Assembly (NCBI GenBank): GCA_965216785.1
Contig: OZ244197.1
Coordinates: forward strand, 64,001-128,000
DNA length: 64,000 nucleotides
Origin: Thermodesulfobacteriota bacterium
GTDB lineage: Bacteria > Desulfobacterota_D > UBA1144 > Nemesobacterales > UBA2774
Direction: 5' to 3'
The notes beneath the pieces are model-generated. The model did not search any database and was not told the DNA's origin. It saw only the letters and a list, made by a program, of their open reading frames with translations. The first letter of the stretch is position 1, and the number at the start of each line of letters is the position of its first letter. Position numbers and translations under genes: made by a program. This document shows positions 20,964 to 30,367 of the stretch, one piece after another.

Positions 20964-23624
20964 ATGCAGCGTTCCGCGGTAGAAAAAAATAAGATCATCG
21001 GCTCAAGCGCAAAGCTTTCTGAGGTCGTGGACTTAATTTTGAAAATCGCCGATACACCGACCAACATACTTATCACTGGTGAAAGCGGCACAGGAAAGGA
21101 GCTTGCCGCAAGTCTACTGCATGAAAAGAGCAGCCGCTCAGATAAACCTTTTATGGACATCAATTGTGCGGCTATACCCGAGACGCTTCTGGAGAGTGAG
21201 CTCTTCGGTATTGAAAAAGGGGTCGCGACGGGGGTTGAGAGAAGAGAGGGTAAAATCGAGCTATCCGCAGGGGGGAGCCTTTTCCTTGACGAAATAGGCG
21301 ACATGAGCCTCGGCGCTCAGGCAAAGCTGCTCAGGGTCCTTCAGGAAAGGAGCCTTAAAAGAGTAGGCGGCAAAAGCGACATCGCCGTTGACCTGAGGAT
21401 AATCGCAGCCACGAACAAAGACCTTCTTTCGGAGATAAAAAAGGGGAAATTCAGAGAGGATCTTTATTACAGGATCAACGAAGTACATATTAAGATGCCT
21501 TCCCTGAGGGAAATACGTGAGGATATACCCAGTTTGTCCGAGCATTTTCTTCATTCACTCTGTCATGAGCTCAATATGAATACACTCCGGTTTAGTGATT
21601 CAGTCCTGGACCGACTATCGAGCTACAGCTGGCCCGGAAACATCAGAGAGCTTAAAAACGAGGTTAAAAGGGCAGCGCTCCTGGCCGATGGCCATATAAT
21701 AGAAGAAAGAGATTTATCTCCAGATATTTTGAATTTCTTTAAAAACAAGGATGCCAGTCAAGGTCTTGTAAGTGAAGCAACTTCGCTACCTCGAGCAGTA
21801 GAAGAGCTCGAAATCCAGATGATAAAGCAAGCCCTAAAATCATGTCAGGGAAACAGGGTAAAGGCCTCTCAGATGCTTGGAATATCAAGGCAGGGACTAA
21901 TAAAAAAGATAAGCAGATACAGGATAGATCAGGGTAGCTCTCAGAAAAAGAAAATTTCAGACCGATTGCTCAAGTCAAGCAAAAGATCGTTTGTCGGAAG
22001 AGCAAATGAGATTAAAGAAATAAAGGATCTAATCAAGTCCAAGAAGTCTACTTACTATGTCTTATTTATTCACGGCATAGGAGGGATTGGGAAGACAAGT
22101 ATGGTTAAGGAACTTTTAAATTCCTTGGACGCTAAGGTTAGTACAATTTACCTTGATTGTAGAGACATAGAGCCGACGGAGAACGGTTTTCTAACATCGC
22201 TGGGTAATGAACTTAATCTCAAGAGCACCAGAATTACAGTAGAGCGTGTTTTAAAGAGTTTGGAGAAGAGAAAGGAAAGAACACTACTGGTACTCGACAC
22301 CTATGAGACTTTCGGACTTATGGATACCTGGCTCAGAAAGACTTTTATACCATCTCTACCTGAGAATTTTCTTACAATAATCATCGGAAGACACCCGCCA
22401 AATAATTCATGGTTTACAAGCTCAGGCCTTGGGACTCTTATTAAGAGTATTGAGCTTGAGGAGCTTTCTTATGAGGACGCGATCAACTTCTTAATACTCC
22501 GTGGGCTTACGTCAGAAGAAGCAGAAAAGACCTATTCATTCGCCCGGGGGCACCCGATGGCTCTTGAGCTAGCAGCAAATTCGGTATCATCAAAACCCAC
22601 TCGAGACATTTCATACAAATCATTCCCTAACATTATTCATCAGCTGACGCAGGATTTCCTGCTGGGTCTAGATAAGAAGACCAGAAAGACGCTCGAGAGC
22701 CTCTCTTTAGTGAGGCGCTATGACGACACCCTACTGAAACACTTACTAAACGAAGACTACGAAGAAGGTATCTTTGACAATCTCTTAGAGCTCCCATTCG
22801 TCAGCCTAACAGGAGAAGGATGCTTGATACACGATATAGTAAGGGAAACTATAGCTCGTGAGCTATCACTCCGTGATCCGAAGAGGTATAAGGATTCGAA
22901 AAAAGCCGCATGGGTATATCTGAATGAACAATCGCTTGCGAAGCACGGTGAATCACTCTGGCAAGCTACTGCCGATTTGCTATACACTATAGAAAACCCG
23001 GTTGTAAGGGATGCTTTCTTTCCTAAAGGTGCAATGGGTTATGTCGTCGAGCCACTATCTCATGAGGATAAAGAGCATGTAATTGATATTGTGCGTGAGT
23101 CCGAATCGGGTGAACCTGCCGATATAATTGAGAACTGGCTCACATATTATCCGGGCAGTTTCAGTGTTGTTAAAGATATAACCGGTGAAGTTGAGGCGTT
23201 CTTTATTTTATGCGAGCCTAATGAGATCGATAGGAGCCCTTTATCTGAGGATAAAATACTCGACGTTTGGTTTAAGCACTTGGAATCTAATCCTCTAGAT
23301 TCCACAGACAAAGCGCTATTTCTAAGGAGGTGGCTCAGTAGAGGACATGGTGAAGGTCTTTGTCCTGCACAAGGAGCTTCATGGCTCGACGTTAAGAGAA
23401 ACTACATGGAGCTTAGACCTAAATTAAAAAGGCTTTATACAACACTGACTGATTTAGAAAACTATAAGCCTGTCGTATTACCGTTAGGTTTTTCTCTTTT
23501 AGATAGTTCAGAGATTGAGCTCGAAGAAACAACTTACTATTCCGCCATTATTGATTTCGGACCGGACAGCGTCGACGGATGGCTCAGAAAACTTATCGGT
23601 CTTGAGCTTGGTATTGGTCAGTAA
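20964..23624 (+). CDS. sigma54 activator (AAA+ and Fis-HTH) fused to a STAND-type NTPase and C-terminal sensor-like domain
   Basis: GESGTGKE, ESELFGIEKGVATGV, FLDEIG, WPGNIRELKN, HTH LGISRQGL; then FVGR, GIGGIGKT, LLVLDTYE, GHPMALEL. Confidence 0.85.
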   Translation: MQRSAVEKNKIIGSSAKLSEVVDLILKIADTPTNILITGESGTGKELAASLLHEKSSRSDKPFMDINCAAIPETLLESELFGIEKGVATGVERREGKIELSAGGSLFLDEIGDMSLGAQAKLLRVLQERSLKRVGGKSDIAVDLRIIAATNKDLLSEIKKGKFREDLYYRINEVHIKMPSLREIREDIPSLSEHFLHSLCHELNMNTLRFSDSVLDRLSSYSWPGNIRELKNEVKRAALLADGHIIEERDLSPDILNFFKNKDASQGLVSEATSLPRAVEELEIQMIKQALKSCQGNRVKASQMLGISRQGLIKKISRYRIDQGSSQKKKISDRLLKSSKRSFVGRANEIKEIKDLIKSKKSTYYVLFIHGIGGIGKTSMVKELLNSLDAKVSTIYLDCRDIEPTENGFLTSLGNELNLKSTRITVERVLKSLEKRKERTLLVLDTYETFGLMDTWLRKTFIPSLPENFLTIIIGRHPPNNSWFTSSGLGTLIKSIELEELSYEDAINFLILRGLTSEEAEKTYSFARGHPMALELAANSVSSKPTRDISYKSFPNIIHQLTQDFLLGLDKKTRKTLESLSLVRRYDDTLLKHLLNEDYEEGIFDNLLELPFVSLTGEGCLIHDIVRETIARELSLRDPKRYKDSKKAAWVYLNEQSLAKHGESLWQATADLLYTIENPVVRDAFFPKGAMGYVVEPLSHEDKEHVIDIVRESESGEPADIIENWLTYYPGSFSVVKDITGEVEAFFILCEPNEIDRSPLSEDKILDVWFKHLESNPLDSTDKALFLRRWLSRGHGEGLCPAQGASWLDVKRNYMELRPKLKRLYTTLTDLENYKPVVLPLGFSLLDSSEIELEETTYYSAIIDFGPDSVDGWLRKLIGLELGIGQ

Positions 23625-23653
23625 AATTAATCTAATTTATTATTGGATTAAGC

Positions 23654-23697
23654 AATTAGGGTATAGCGTGTAATTCTCAGCACGCAATACCCTAATT
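23654..23697. terminator. Bidirectional hairpin between convergent genes
   Basis: AATTAGGGTATAGCGTG...CACGCAATACCCTAATT. Confidence 0.6.
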
Positions 23698-23706
23698 GTT
23701 AAATTA

Positions 23707-23988
23707 CTACCTGTAATCTTCACCATATACCTCGGCTATCTGAAAGATACCATCAGATGGCGGCAGCTCTGGTACGGATGATGAGAGGGTCGCGTGAATG
23801 GAATTAACATCTTTACTGTCCCACTCACAAAAAACTCTCGACACTTTTCCGTCATCAGTCAACTGAAGCCAGCTCCTGACCCAGTAAGCATCAGTGCTGA
23901 GGTTGGCCTTGCACTTTTGTGCAATCGGCACAACGTCCTCGCCGTTTACTGGTGGGTTAACCGGGTGAATAGCTATATATCTAGGCAT
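23707..23988 (-). CDS. DUF4242/SCO4226-like small protein
   Basis: Alignable to 20577-20852 (IAxHP, WxxSW, FCEWD, E.YR). Confidence 0.6.
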   Translation of the reverse strand: MPRYIAIHPVNPPVNGEDVVPIAQKCKANLSTDAYWVRSWLQLTDDGKVSRVFCEWDSKDVNSIHATLSSSVPELPPSDGIFQIAEVYGEDYR

Positions 23989-24030
23989 ATACTTATACCT
24001 CCTATTAGGATTTAATAATTTAGATTTCGA

Positions 24031-25134
24031 TCAATACCGAGACATAATATTCTCATGAAAACTATTCATAGCTTTTATAGGATCAGGCACAGGGGCTATC
24101 ATTATCTGATTTATACCCTGTGACTCCATCCTTTTAATCGTGTCGATGATCTCGCTGCTGGTTCCAACGAGAACTGATGCTTCTATCATCTCCGGCGTGA
24201 GCACATCGTTAAATTCCTCGTTCCAGAAAAAATAGTTACTGTAGTAGGCAAGGTGTCTTCTTTCGGGGTTGTCCAGGTCTGAAGGATACGCGTTTGTGAA
24301 TTTCATGACCCCGTCCCTTAAGCTCTCAGGAAGCGGCTCGCCCGGAGTTGTACCTGTGTTTTTCCCGTGGTTTTCAAGTGACTTCGCGAGTATATTCAGA
24401 CATACAGAGACCATAGGTCCCAGCTGATGTCTGACTGATTCAGTTTCAAGAGATTCGCCTTCATCCAGAATATAAAAAGCGCTAAGAACCATGGTATATA
24501 TGTCCTCAGGGTTTCTTCCTGATTTCTTCGCGCCCTTTCTGATTCGCTCCATACAATAATCTATGTACTCCTCGTCTATCGCCCCAAGAAGCATTACACC
24601 GTCCGCAAGCTCTCCGGCAAGCTCAAGAGTCTTTGGTCCGCTTCCGGCCATAAATATTGGTATTTCGTCTTTGGTATTTATAAAGCCCATATCTGGACTC
24701 AGGAATTTAACAGGTCTCTTCCTCTCCTGAGATAAATACTTATCCGGGCCTTCACTGTATTCCGCCTCTTCACCCTTGAGCATTTTTCTATATATGCCAA
24801 CGTCATTCCGAAGCTCATCAAGCTTAGCTATCGGCATACCCCAGGCCCGTCTCGCGGTGTTACCGGTACCGATCCCGAGAACACACCTGCCGGGCGCAAG
24901 CTCGTTTAGAGTAGCCATGGCTCTTGCGGTAACTGGAGTCATCCTGGCGCGCGGGCATGTGACGCCAGGGCCAAGCTTTATTTTTTTTGTATTGGTGGCG
25001 CAAAGGGTTAACGTTTCAAAAACATCGCTCCCTATGCTGTCATACGGCATAAAATGTGTGAACCCCTTATCTTCGCCATGGGCCACCCATTGCCATGAAT
25101 GTATATGTGAGGGAAAATGCAATCCAAAGTCCAT
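24031..25134 (-). CDS. LLM-class flavin/F420-dependent oxidoreductase
   Basis: TKKIKLGPGVT, APGRCVLGIGTG and AGSGPKTLELAGELADG motifs. Confidence 0.88.
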   Translation of the reverse strand: MDFGLHFPSHIHSWQWVAHGEDKGFTHFMPYDSIGSDVFETLTLCATNTKKIKLGPGVTCPRARMTPVTARAMATLNELAPGRCVLGIGTGNTARRAWGMPIAKLDELRNDVGIYRKMLKGEEAEYSEGPDKYLSQERKRPVKFLSPDMGFINTKDEIPIFMAGSGPKTLELAGELADGVMLLGAIDEEYIDYCMERIRKGAKKSGRNPEDIYTMVLSAFYILDEGESLETESVRHQLGPMVSVCLNILAKSLENHGKNTGTTPGEPLPESLRDGVMKFTNAYPSDLDNPERRHLAYYSNYFFWNEEFNDVLTPEMIEASVLVGTSSEIIDTIKRMESQGINQIMIAPVPDPIKAMNSFHENIMSRY

Positions 25135-25180
25135 TTTTTAGCACCTCCAAGATTTCTTTTCAACTTCTGTGAATATTATT

Positions 25181-25286
25181 TGCAAGGTGTGTGCCAAATC
25201 TATAACTAGCTGATATCGTTAGATTATATTCTCTAACTTGTCGGAAATACGTAAACTAAATTTACGTATTGTTAACTAGATTTACT
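25181..25286 (-). promoter_or_regulatory. sigma54 promoter with tandem enhancer
   Basis: TGGCACACACCTTGCA on the minus strand (25181-25196); boxes at 25250-25266 and 25270-25286. Confidence 0.85.
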
Positions 25287-25326
25287 GTCTGTTGGATAGG
25301 GACTGATTCTTGTCCAGAATGGTCTA

Positions 25327-26859
25327 TCAAATGTTGTATCTCTTCATTTTTTTGAAGAGCCCTTGCCTAGTTATATCAAGGAGCTCAGATGCTTTTTGTT
25401 TATTACCCCCGGTTCTAGCAAGGGCGTCTTTAATCATCTTGACCTCTATTTTCTCGACAACGCTCTTAATAGTTTGAGACGCGTCAAATTCCTCTAATGA
25501 TGGTGTACCGTCTTCTCCACTATCTTCTAATATATAGTGAGAAAGGTCTTCTTCTTGAATCACATCTCCTGAAGACATTATAATCGCTCTTTTCATTTCA
25601 TTTTCTAGCTCTCTTACATTACCAGGCCATGTGTATCCTTGAAGTCGCACAAGAGCGTCATTTGACAGACTTAGGGGCTCTCGAGAATATTCTTTAGAGT
25701 ACTTTTGTAAAAAATATTTGGCTAAAGTTTCAATATCTTCTTTAATGTCACTGAGAGAAGGCATTTCAATATGTACTACGTTTAAGCGGTAGAAAAGGTC
25801 CTCACGGAATGAATCTTTTTTGATCGCCTTTTTGAGATCCTTGTTTGTCGCCGCTACAACTCTGATGTCTACGTTAATCTCTTTCTTGCCGCCTAGCCTT
25901 ATAACTTTCCTTTCCTGAAGAGCTCTCAGGAGCTTAGCCTGTGCCGCCAGGCACATATCCCCTATCTCATCGAGGAACAAGGTACCGCCGTTTGCCATCT
26001 CAATCTTTCCTTCCCGTCTATCAACTCCGGTGGCGACACCTTTTTCAATTCCGAAAAGCTCGCTCTCGAGAATTGTGTCAGGTAAAGAGGCACAGTTTAT
26101 ATCAATAAAAGCCTTGTCTGAGCGGAGACTGTTATAGTGAATCATTCTGGCTGCGAGCTCCTTGCCAGTCCCGCTTTCTCCAGTTATCAGAACATCCAAA
26201 GGGCTCGATGCTATTTTTTCAATCAGTCTGACCACTTCAGCAATCTTTGGACTTGTACCCACTAATTCATTTATAAAAAACTTCCCTTCACTCCTTTCTC
26301 TCAGGATTTTGTTTTCGCGCTCCAGGCTTTTCTTTGATCCCTCAAGGTTACGTATGTGCTTTGCGTTTTCGATTGCGACAGCTGCGTTCGAAGCAAAAAT
26401 TTCGAGTATGTCCCTATCATTTGAGGTGAACTTGCCCCCGGTTTTGTTTATGGCTTGGAGAACACCTACCGACCGACCCTGAAAGTTTTTAATCGGAACA
26501 CAGAGTAACGATTTGGTTCGGTATCCCGTGCTTTTATCAATAGCAGGATTGAATTTCTTATTTTTGTAAGCGTTGTCTACAATTACAGATTTTCCTGAAA
26601 CAAATACCTCCCCTGCTATGCCATCATTGGAATCGAAGCGAACTGTCTCATTTGTACCGAGCGCAATCTTAGACCAAAGCTCATCTGTGAAGTCATCGAA
26701 TAGAAAAAGCGTCCCCCTGTCTGCTCCTACGATTTGTGCTGACTCCTGCACAATGAAGTCAAGAAGCAGATCGAGGTCTTTCTCCGCCCTCATCATACTC
26801 CTAAGGTTATAAAGGCTTTGATATTCTGTTTCCTTATTTATCATTTCATTTTTAGACAT
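25327..26859 (-). CDS. GAF - sigma54 AAA+ - Fis-HTH enhancer-binding protein
   Basis: GAF with DKSTGYRTKSLLCVP and INK...F...D; GESGTGKE; GVATGV loop; HTH LDITRQGL. Confidence 0.92.
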   Translation of the reverse strand: MSKNEMINKETEYQSLYNLRSMMRAEKDLDLLLDFIVQESAQIVGADRGTLFLFDDFTDELWSKIALGTNETVRFDSNDGIAGEVFVSGKSVIVDNAYKNKKFNPAIDKSTGYRTKSLLCVPIKNFQGRSVGVLQAINKTGGKFTSNDRDILEIFASNAAVAIENAKHIRNLEGSKKSLERENKILRERSEGKFFINELVGTSPKIAEVVRLIEKIASSPLDVLITGESGTGKELAARMIHYNSLRSDKAFIDINCASLPDTILESELFGIEKGVATGVDRREGKIEMANGGTLFLDEIGDMCLAAQAKLLRALQERKVIRLGGKKEINVDIRVVAATNKDLKKAIKKDSFREDLFYRLNVVHIEMPSLSDIKEDIETLAKYFLQKYSKEYSREPLSLSNDALVRLQGYTWPGNVRELENEMKRAIIMSSGDVIQEEDLSHYILEDSGEDGTPSLEEFDASQTIKSVVEKIEVKMIKDALARTGGNKQKASELLDITRQGLFKKMKRYNI

Positions 26860-26900
26860 TTTTATCTGTTATTCCGAATATAACATATCACTTAATATAA

Positions 26901-27006
26901 CGTCAACATCGTTTACAAATTGTAAACGCTGTCTACATCAATTTTCTTACCAATAGGTATTTATCCAATGATTCATGGTGTTTAGTGTTTTGGCATACGC
27001 TTTGCG
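26901..27006 (+). promoter_or_regulatory. sigma54 promoter with tandem enhancer
   Basis: TGGCATACGCTTTGCG (26991-27006); boxes at 26901-26917 and 26921-26937. Confidence 0.85.
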
Positions 27007-27041
27007 ATTAGTATTCTCAAAACTTTGAGGAGGTAGTAATC

Positions 27042-27617
27042 ATGAGATATACATGTTTAATTTTGAGTGTTGTTTCATTTATGTGGTGTTCAATGTATGT
27101 GGAGGCCCAGGAAGATAAGTTTTTGACAGATGAGGAAATAATAGAACAAAAACTTGTTGAACCTTGGTCCCCTGATGCAGTCGGAAAAACCCAGTTTCAG
27201 AAACTTATGGATGATACTATTCGTAGAACAGTTGCTTGGAAGTTCATGCAACTTACATTACCTGGTACGGGTCAACATGTTACTAATATTAGAAAGAATA
27301 ACGACTACGAATTATGGACTTATGTCTGGAATAACGGAACAGAATTATCTATAAATCCATTACGTGTACGAGTTGTAGGTAAACCCGGGGAAATTAAATT
27401 TTATAGATCTTGTCGTCGACAAAACTTAACAAACAGTAACAGGATAAGTGTTAGTTTTTCAGATTTCCTTCCTGGTCGAACGAAATACCTATCTGTTTGT
27501 TTCCGTGCAATGAAAAATATGTCAGTTGCAAACTTTAGTGTCAAACTAGGATTGTACGGAAAAATAGATCCTATAGGTAGTTCATGGCTTACCATGAATC
27601 CTAGAGTTTCAGAGTAA
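27042..27617 (+). CDS. Secreted hypothetical protein
   Basis: GAGGAGG RBS, signal peptide, downstream of a sigma54 promoter. Confidence 0.7.
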   Translation: MRYTCLILSVVSFMWCSMYVEAQEDKFLTDEEIIEQKLVEPWSPDAVGKTQFQKLMDDTIRRTVAWKFMQLTLPGTGQHVTNIRKNNDYELWTYVWNNGTELSINPLRVRVVGKPGEIKFYRSCRRQNLTNSNRISVSFSDFLPGRTKYLSVCFRAMKNMSVANFSVKLGLYGKIDPIGSSWLTMNPRVSE

Positions 27618-27756
27618 AAAGATATTATAAGATGGATTTAGTATGGGTGTGGGTTAGCCCACACCCTTCAAACCGAGAACATATAAATACAATGAATTGG
27701 ATAGAAAAAATATAAGATGGACTAGGTAGATACTGCAGTTTGTTCCAAAAATATAT

Positions 27757-27867
27757 TCTAAGCTCTGCAAAATCCGACGTTGTTTTCAAGGTTCCTTTAT
27801 TACCCCAGCTTGCTCTCTCATGGTAAATCACTGTTGCTATTTCTTCGTCTGATAGCTGATCGCTCAA
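27757..27867 (-). pseudogene. C-terminal fragment of a c-type cytochrome
   Basis: QLSDEEIATVIYHERASWGN resembles cytochrome c C-terminal helices; no CxxCH present. Confidence 0.5.
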
Positions 27868-28058
27868 GACTTATAGCAAACATGCTACGAATCAATACGC
27901 TAAAGTAACCATATTAGGATCTATAGGAGACTCTAAAGACTAAACATTACATTATTCTGAAAACACTCCTTCTTCGCAAACAGATCAAAGCCATTCTTAC
28001 AGTGGACAACATCTAGTATTGAAATAACTTCCTTATAGTAGTTATAATCACTAAGTAA

Positions 28059-28994
28059 ATGAAGCCTTCTATGAAACCTTCTTTTAATCAATTATGCGAG
28101 TGGGAAGAATTAAATAAACAGGGCTTGCTTCCTGAAAACATTAAAATGACGTTTGAGCAGGCACAATATCAAGTGCAACAAGTTATTAATGCTTCAGGTT
28201 TAAGAGAAGCGCTCTCCAAGACAAAATCTCAAATTCAAGAAGTAATAGATACTTCAGGATTGAAAGAAGTGCTCTACGGGGTAAATGCTCAAATGCAAGA
28301 ACTCTATGAAAACATCAAACCATCATTAATACTCCTCGGTGAATTTTACGAACGAAAAAAAGATCATGATGAGAACTATCAAAAAAAATATCCATTAGGT
28401 TATTACTGCTTTAGTAATAAAAGTAGTGATGTATCTTATCGAATACTGAAAGATAAGGTTCGAATGAGAGTAAAAGAATATGGGATATATTTTGATAATA
28501 GAAGGAATTTTAATAGATCCTCTAAAGGTGAATTAGCTGAAACCTTGTTTGAGAATGAATATCTAAAAATTTTTCAAGAAACAAAAGAACTCTATTCACT
28601 ATCTGCAGTCGAGTTTGAGAATGCGGATTTCGGTCTAGATTGTATTAAAAGAATTGATAAGCTTCCTGAAAGAGTACGAAGCAATTTTCGTTATAAACTG
28701 GATAGTTTGAATAAACAACAGTCATTTGAAGAAAATTTAGAGAGAAGATTAGAACTCGAAGCTGAATTGCTTATGTCTGATTCATTAGAACTATCTGAAA
28801 TTATAGAGATTGTAGAAGCAATAGAAAATCTGCCAGATAAACAACAAGAAGCAATAAAGATGTTTTACATTCAGGGGTACACACAAGCAGAAGCGTCACG
28901 ACAATTAGAAATATCAGAACCTAGCTTCAAAGAAAGATTAGATAATGCACACAAAACCCTAAGAAAGAAATTTCAAAATATTTTCGTACAATAA
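28059..28994 (+). CDS. Protein with C-terminal sigma70 region-4-like HTH
   Basis: AIENLPDKQQEAIKMFYIQGYTQAEASRQLEISE..F..RL. Confidence 0.7.
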   Translation: MKPSMKPSFNQLCEWEELNKQGLLPENIKMTFEQAQYQVQQVINASGLREALSKTKSQIQEVIDTSGLKEVLYGVNAQMQELYENIKPSLILLGEFYERKKDHDENYQKKYPLGYYCFSNKSSDVSYRILKDKVRMRVKEYGIYFDNRRNFNRSSKGELAETLFENEYLKIFQETKELYSLSAVEFENADFGLDCIKRIDKLPERVRSNFRYKLDSLNKQQSFEENLERRLELEAELLMSDSLELSEIIEIVEAIENLPDKQQEAIKMFYIQGYTQAEASRQLEISEPSFKERLDNAHKTLRKKFQNIFVQ

Positions 28995-29062
28995 AAATTC
29001 TACCCTAAGAATCGCCCATTTAGGTTACCTATATATATTAGAAGCAGTAATTGGAGGTAATC

Positions 29063-29251
29063 ATGATAAATGGCCGCATAGCAATAACTCTCTCTCAGAA
29101 AGGCATAGATACCGTTTCATTTGTTTCAAGTAATAAAGCGGAAGCTCTGAATCTATTTCTGATCATAAAGGAAGAGCTCGAAAATTTTGAAGATAACATC
29201 AAAAAATTGATTGAAAGTCATGAGGTGAAAGAAAATGACTTTAACCAATAG
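29063..29251 (+). CDS. Small hypothetical protein
   Basis: GGAGGT RBS; coupled to the downstream xis. Confidence 0.55.
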   Translation: MINGRIAITLSQKGIDTVSFVSSNKAEALNLFLIIKEELENFEDNIKKLIESHEVKENDFNQ

Positions 29252-29441
29252 AGGTAAGCTTCTTACTCCCAAAAAGGCTAAAGAAACTTATGGTATCGAG
29301 ACTACGAAAATTTATAACTGGATACGTAATCGCCGGTTTACATTCATCAAATTGGATAAGGAGATCTTATTTTGGGAGAAGGACCTATTGGATTTTTTGG
29401 AACAAAATACTAGCTATTCATGTATTGATATTGGTGAGTAA
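29235..29441 (+). CDS. Excisionase-like HTH protein
   Basis: LLTPKKAKETYGI...IYNWI...FIKL..EILF....L..FL pattern of MerR/HTH_17 Xis. Confidence 0.75.
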   Translation: MTLTNRGKLLTPKKAKETYGIETTKIYNWIRNRRFTFIKLDKEILFWEKDLLDFLEQNTSYSCIDIGE

Positions 29442-30234
29442 TTTGAGAGCAGATAAAGAATCAAATTTGGACGATCGCATATTAACATCAGAGTATGGTT
29501 ATTTCCAAATACCAAATTCTATTTTTAATCTCAAATTACCACCTAATGAATTACTAGTGCTCTTTAATCTTATTAGGCGAGCAGATAAAACCGGAGAGTG
29601 TTACCCAAGTATCCCAAGAATAGGAAGAGATACAGGAATAAAATCAGAAAATACAGTTAGAAAAGCACTAAGGGGAATAATGAATAAGAAACTCGTTAGG
29701 AGAACCGGCAGAACATATCGTAATGTGCATATAATGAAGATAACCCCCAGCATCTATCAAAGCATTATAAGATCGAGTGAAAAGAATAGAATTACGAAAA
29801 ATGTAAAGCGTGATAGTTATATTAACCCTTCAATAATTGAAGTGGTGACCCCTTCAAATAATGATCTACAACCCCATGAATATTTGAGTACTAAGGAAGA
29901 AAAGAATGAATACCCATTTTTTAAGGAAAACAAAAAGGGATACAGCACGAATTCTCTCAAAAAAAATTCATTTAGGAGGAAATGCAATAAGAACGACAAT
30001 GATCCATCAATAATAACAAAGTTAGATTTAGAGATTCCAGTAAATCAGGCAAAAAGAATATTAGGGGAATTCGGGATAAAAGAAAATAACCAGCAAGGGA
30101 ATCCATTATATTATTCCAATTTGGATCCTAAGCAGACAAAAGATGCTATAGATGAGCTTGAAAGGATAAAAACAATAAATATGCGAGAACATCCGAAAGT
30201 ATATGAAAATAATTTGGATCCCTTCGATATATGA
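29434..30234 (+). CDS. HTH_36-type replication initiator
   Basis: YFQIPNSIF...CYPSIPRIGRDTGI.SENTVRKAL; probable GTG start overlapping the xis stop. Confidence 0.7.
   Translation: MSNLRADKESNLDDRILTSEYGYFQIPNSIFNLKLPPNELLVLFNLIRRADKTGECYPSIPRIGRDTGIKSENTVRKALRGIMNKKLVRRTGRTYRNVHIMKITPSIYQSIIRSSEKNRITKNVKRDSYINPSIIEVVTPSNNDLQPHEYLSTKEEKNEYPFFKENKKGYSTNSLKKNSFRRKCNKNDNDPSIITKLDLEIPVNQAKRILGEFGIKENNQQGNPLYYSNLDPKQTKDAIDELERIKTINMREHPKVYENNLDPFDI
29824..29890 (+). repeat. Three iteron-like repeats within the rep gene
   Basis: CCC-TTCA-N5-TGA-like units at ~29824, 29848 and 29871 (23-24 bp period). Confidence 0.45.
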
Positions 30235-30245
30235 TAAATGGTCTA

Positions 30246-30300
30246 AGGGAGGGGGGTGTAATTTGTTACAACCTAAATCATGGAGACCGACGGGGCAGTC
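30246..30300 (+). other. cos-like packaging signal
   Basis: GGGAGGGGGG...AGACCGACGGGG just upstream of the P27-type terS, as in HK97-like phage ends. Confidence 0.4.
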
Positions 30301-30367
30301 AATTTCTTGTATAGTCAGCAAAAAAACTTTCGAGCGTAAAAAAATCTCGTGATGGAGGTATTAACAA

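Noticed and set aside
27625-27867. Functional 80-aa gene
   Set aside because: Only the first ~37 aa resemble a cytochrome c tail and there is no heme motif; treated as a remnant.
29290-29433. N-terminal extension of the replication protein
   Set aside because: It overlaps xis in another frame; GTG 29434 coupled to the xis stop is more plausible.
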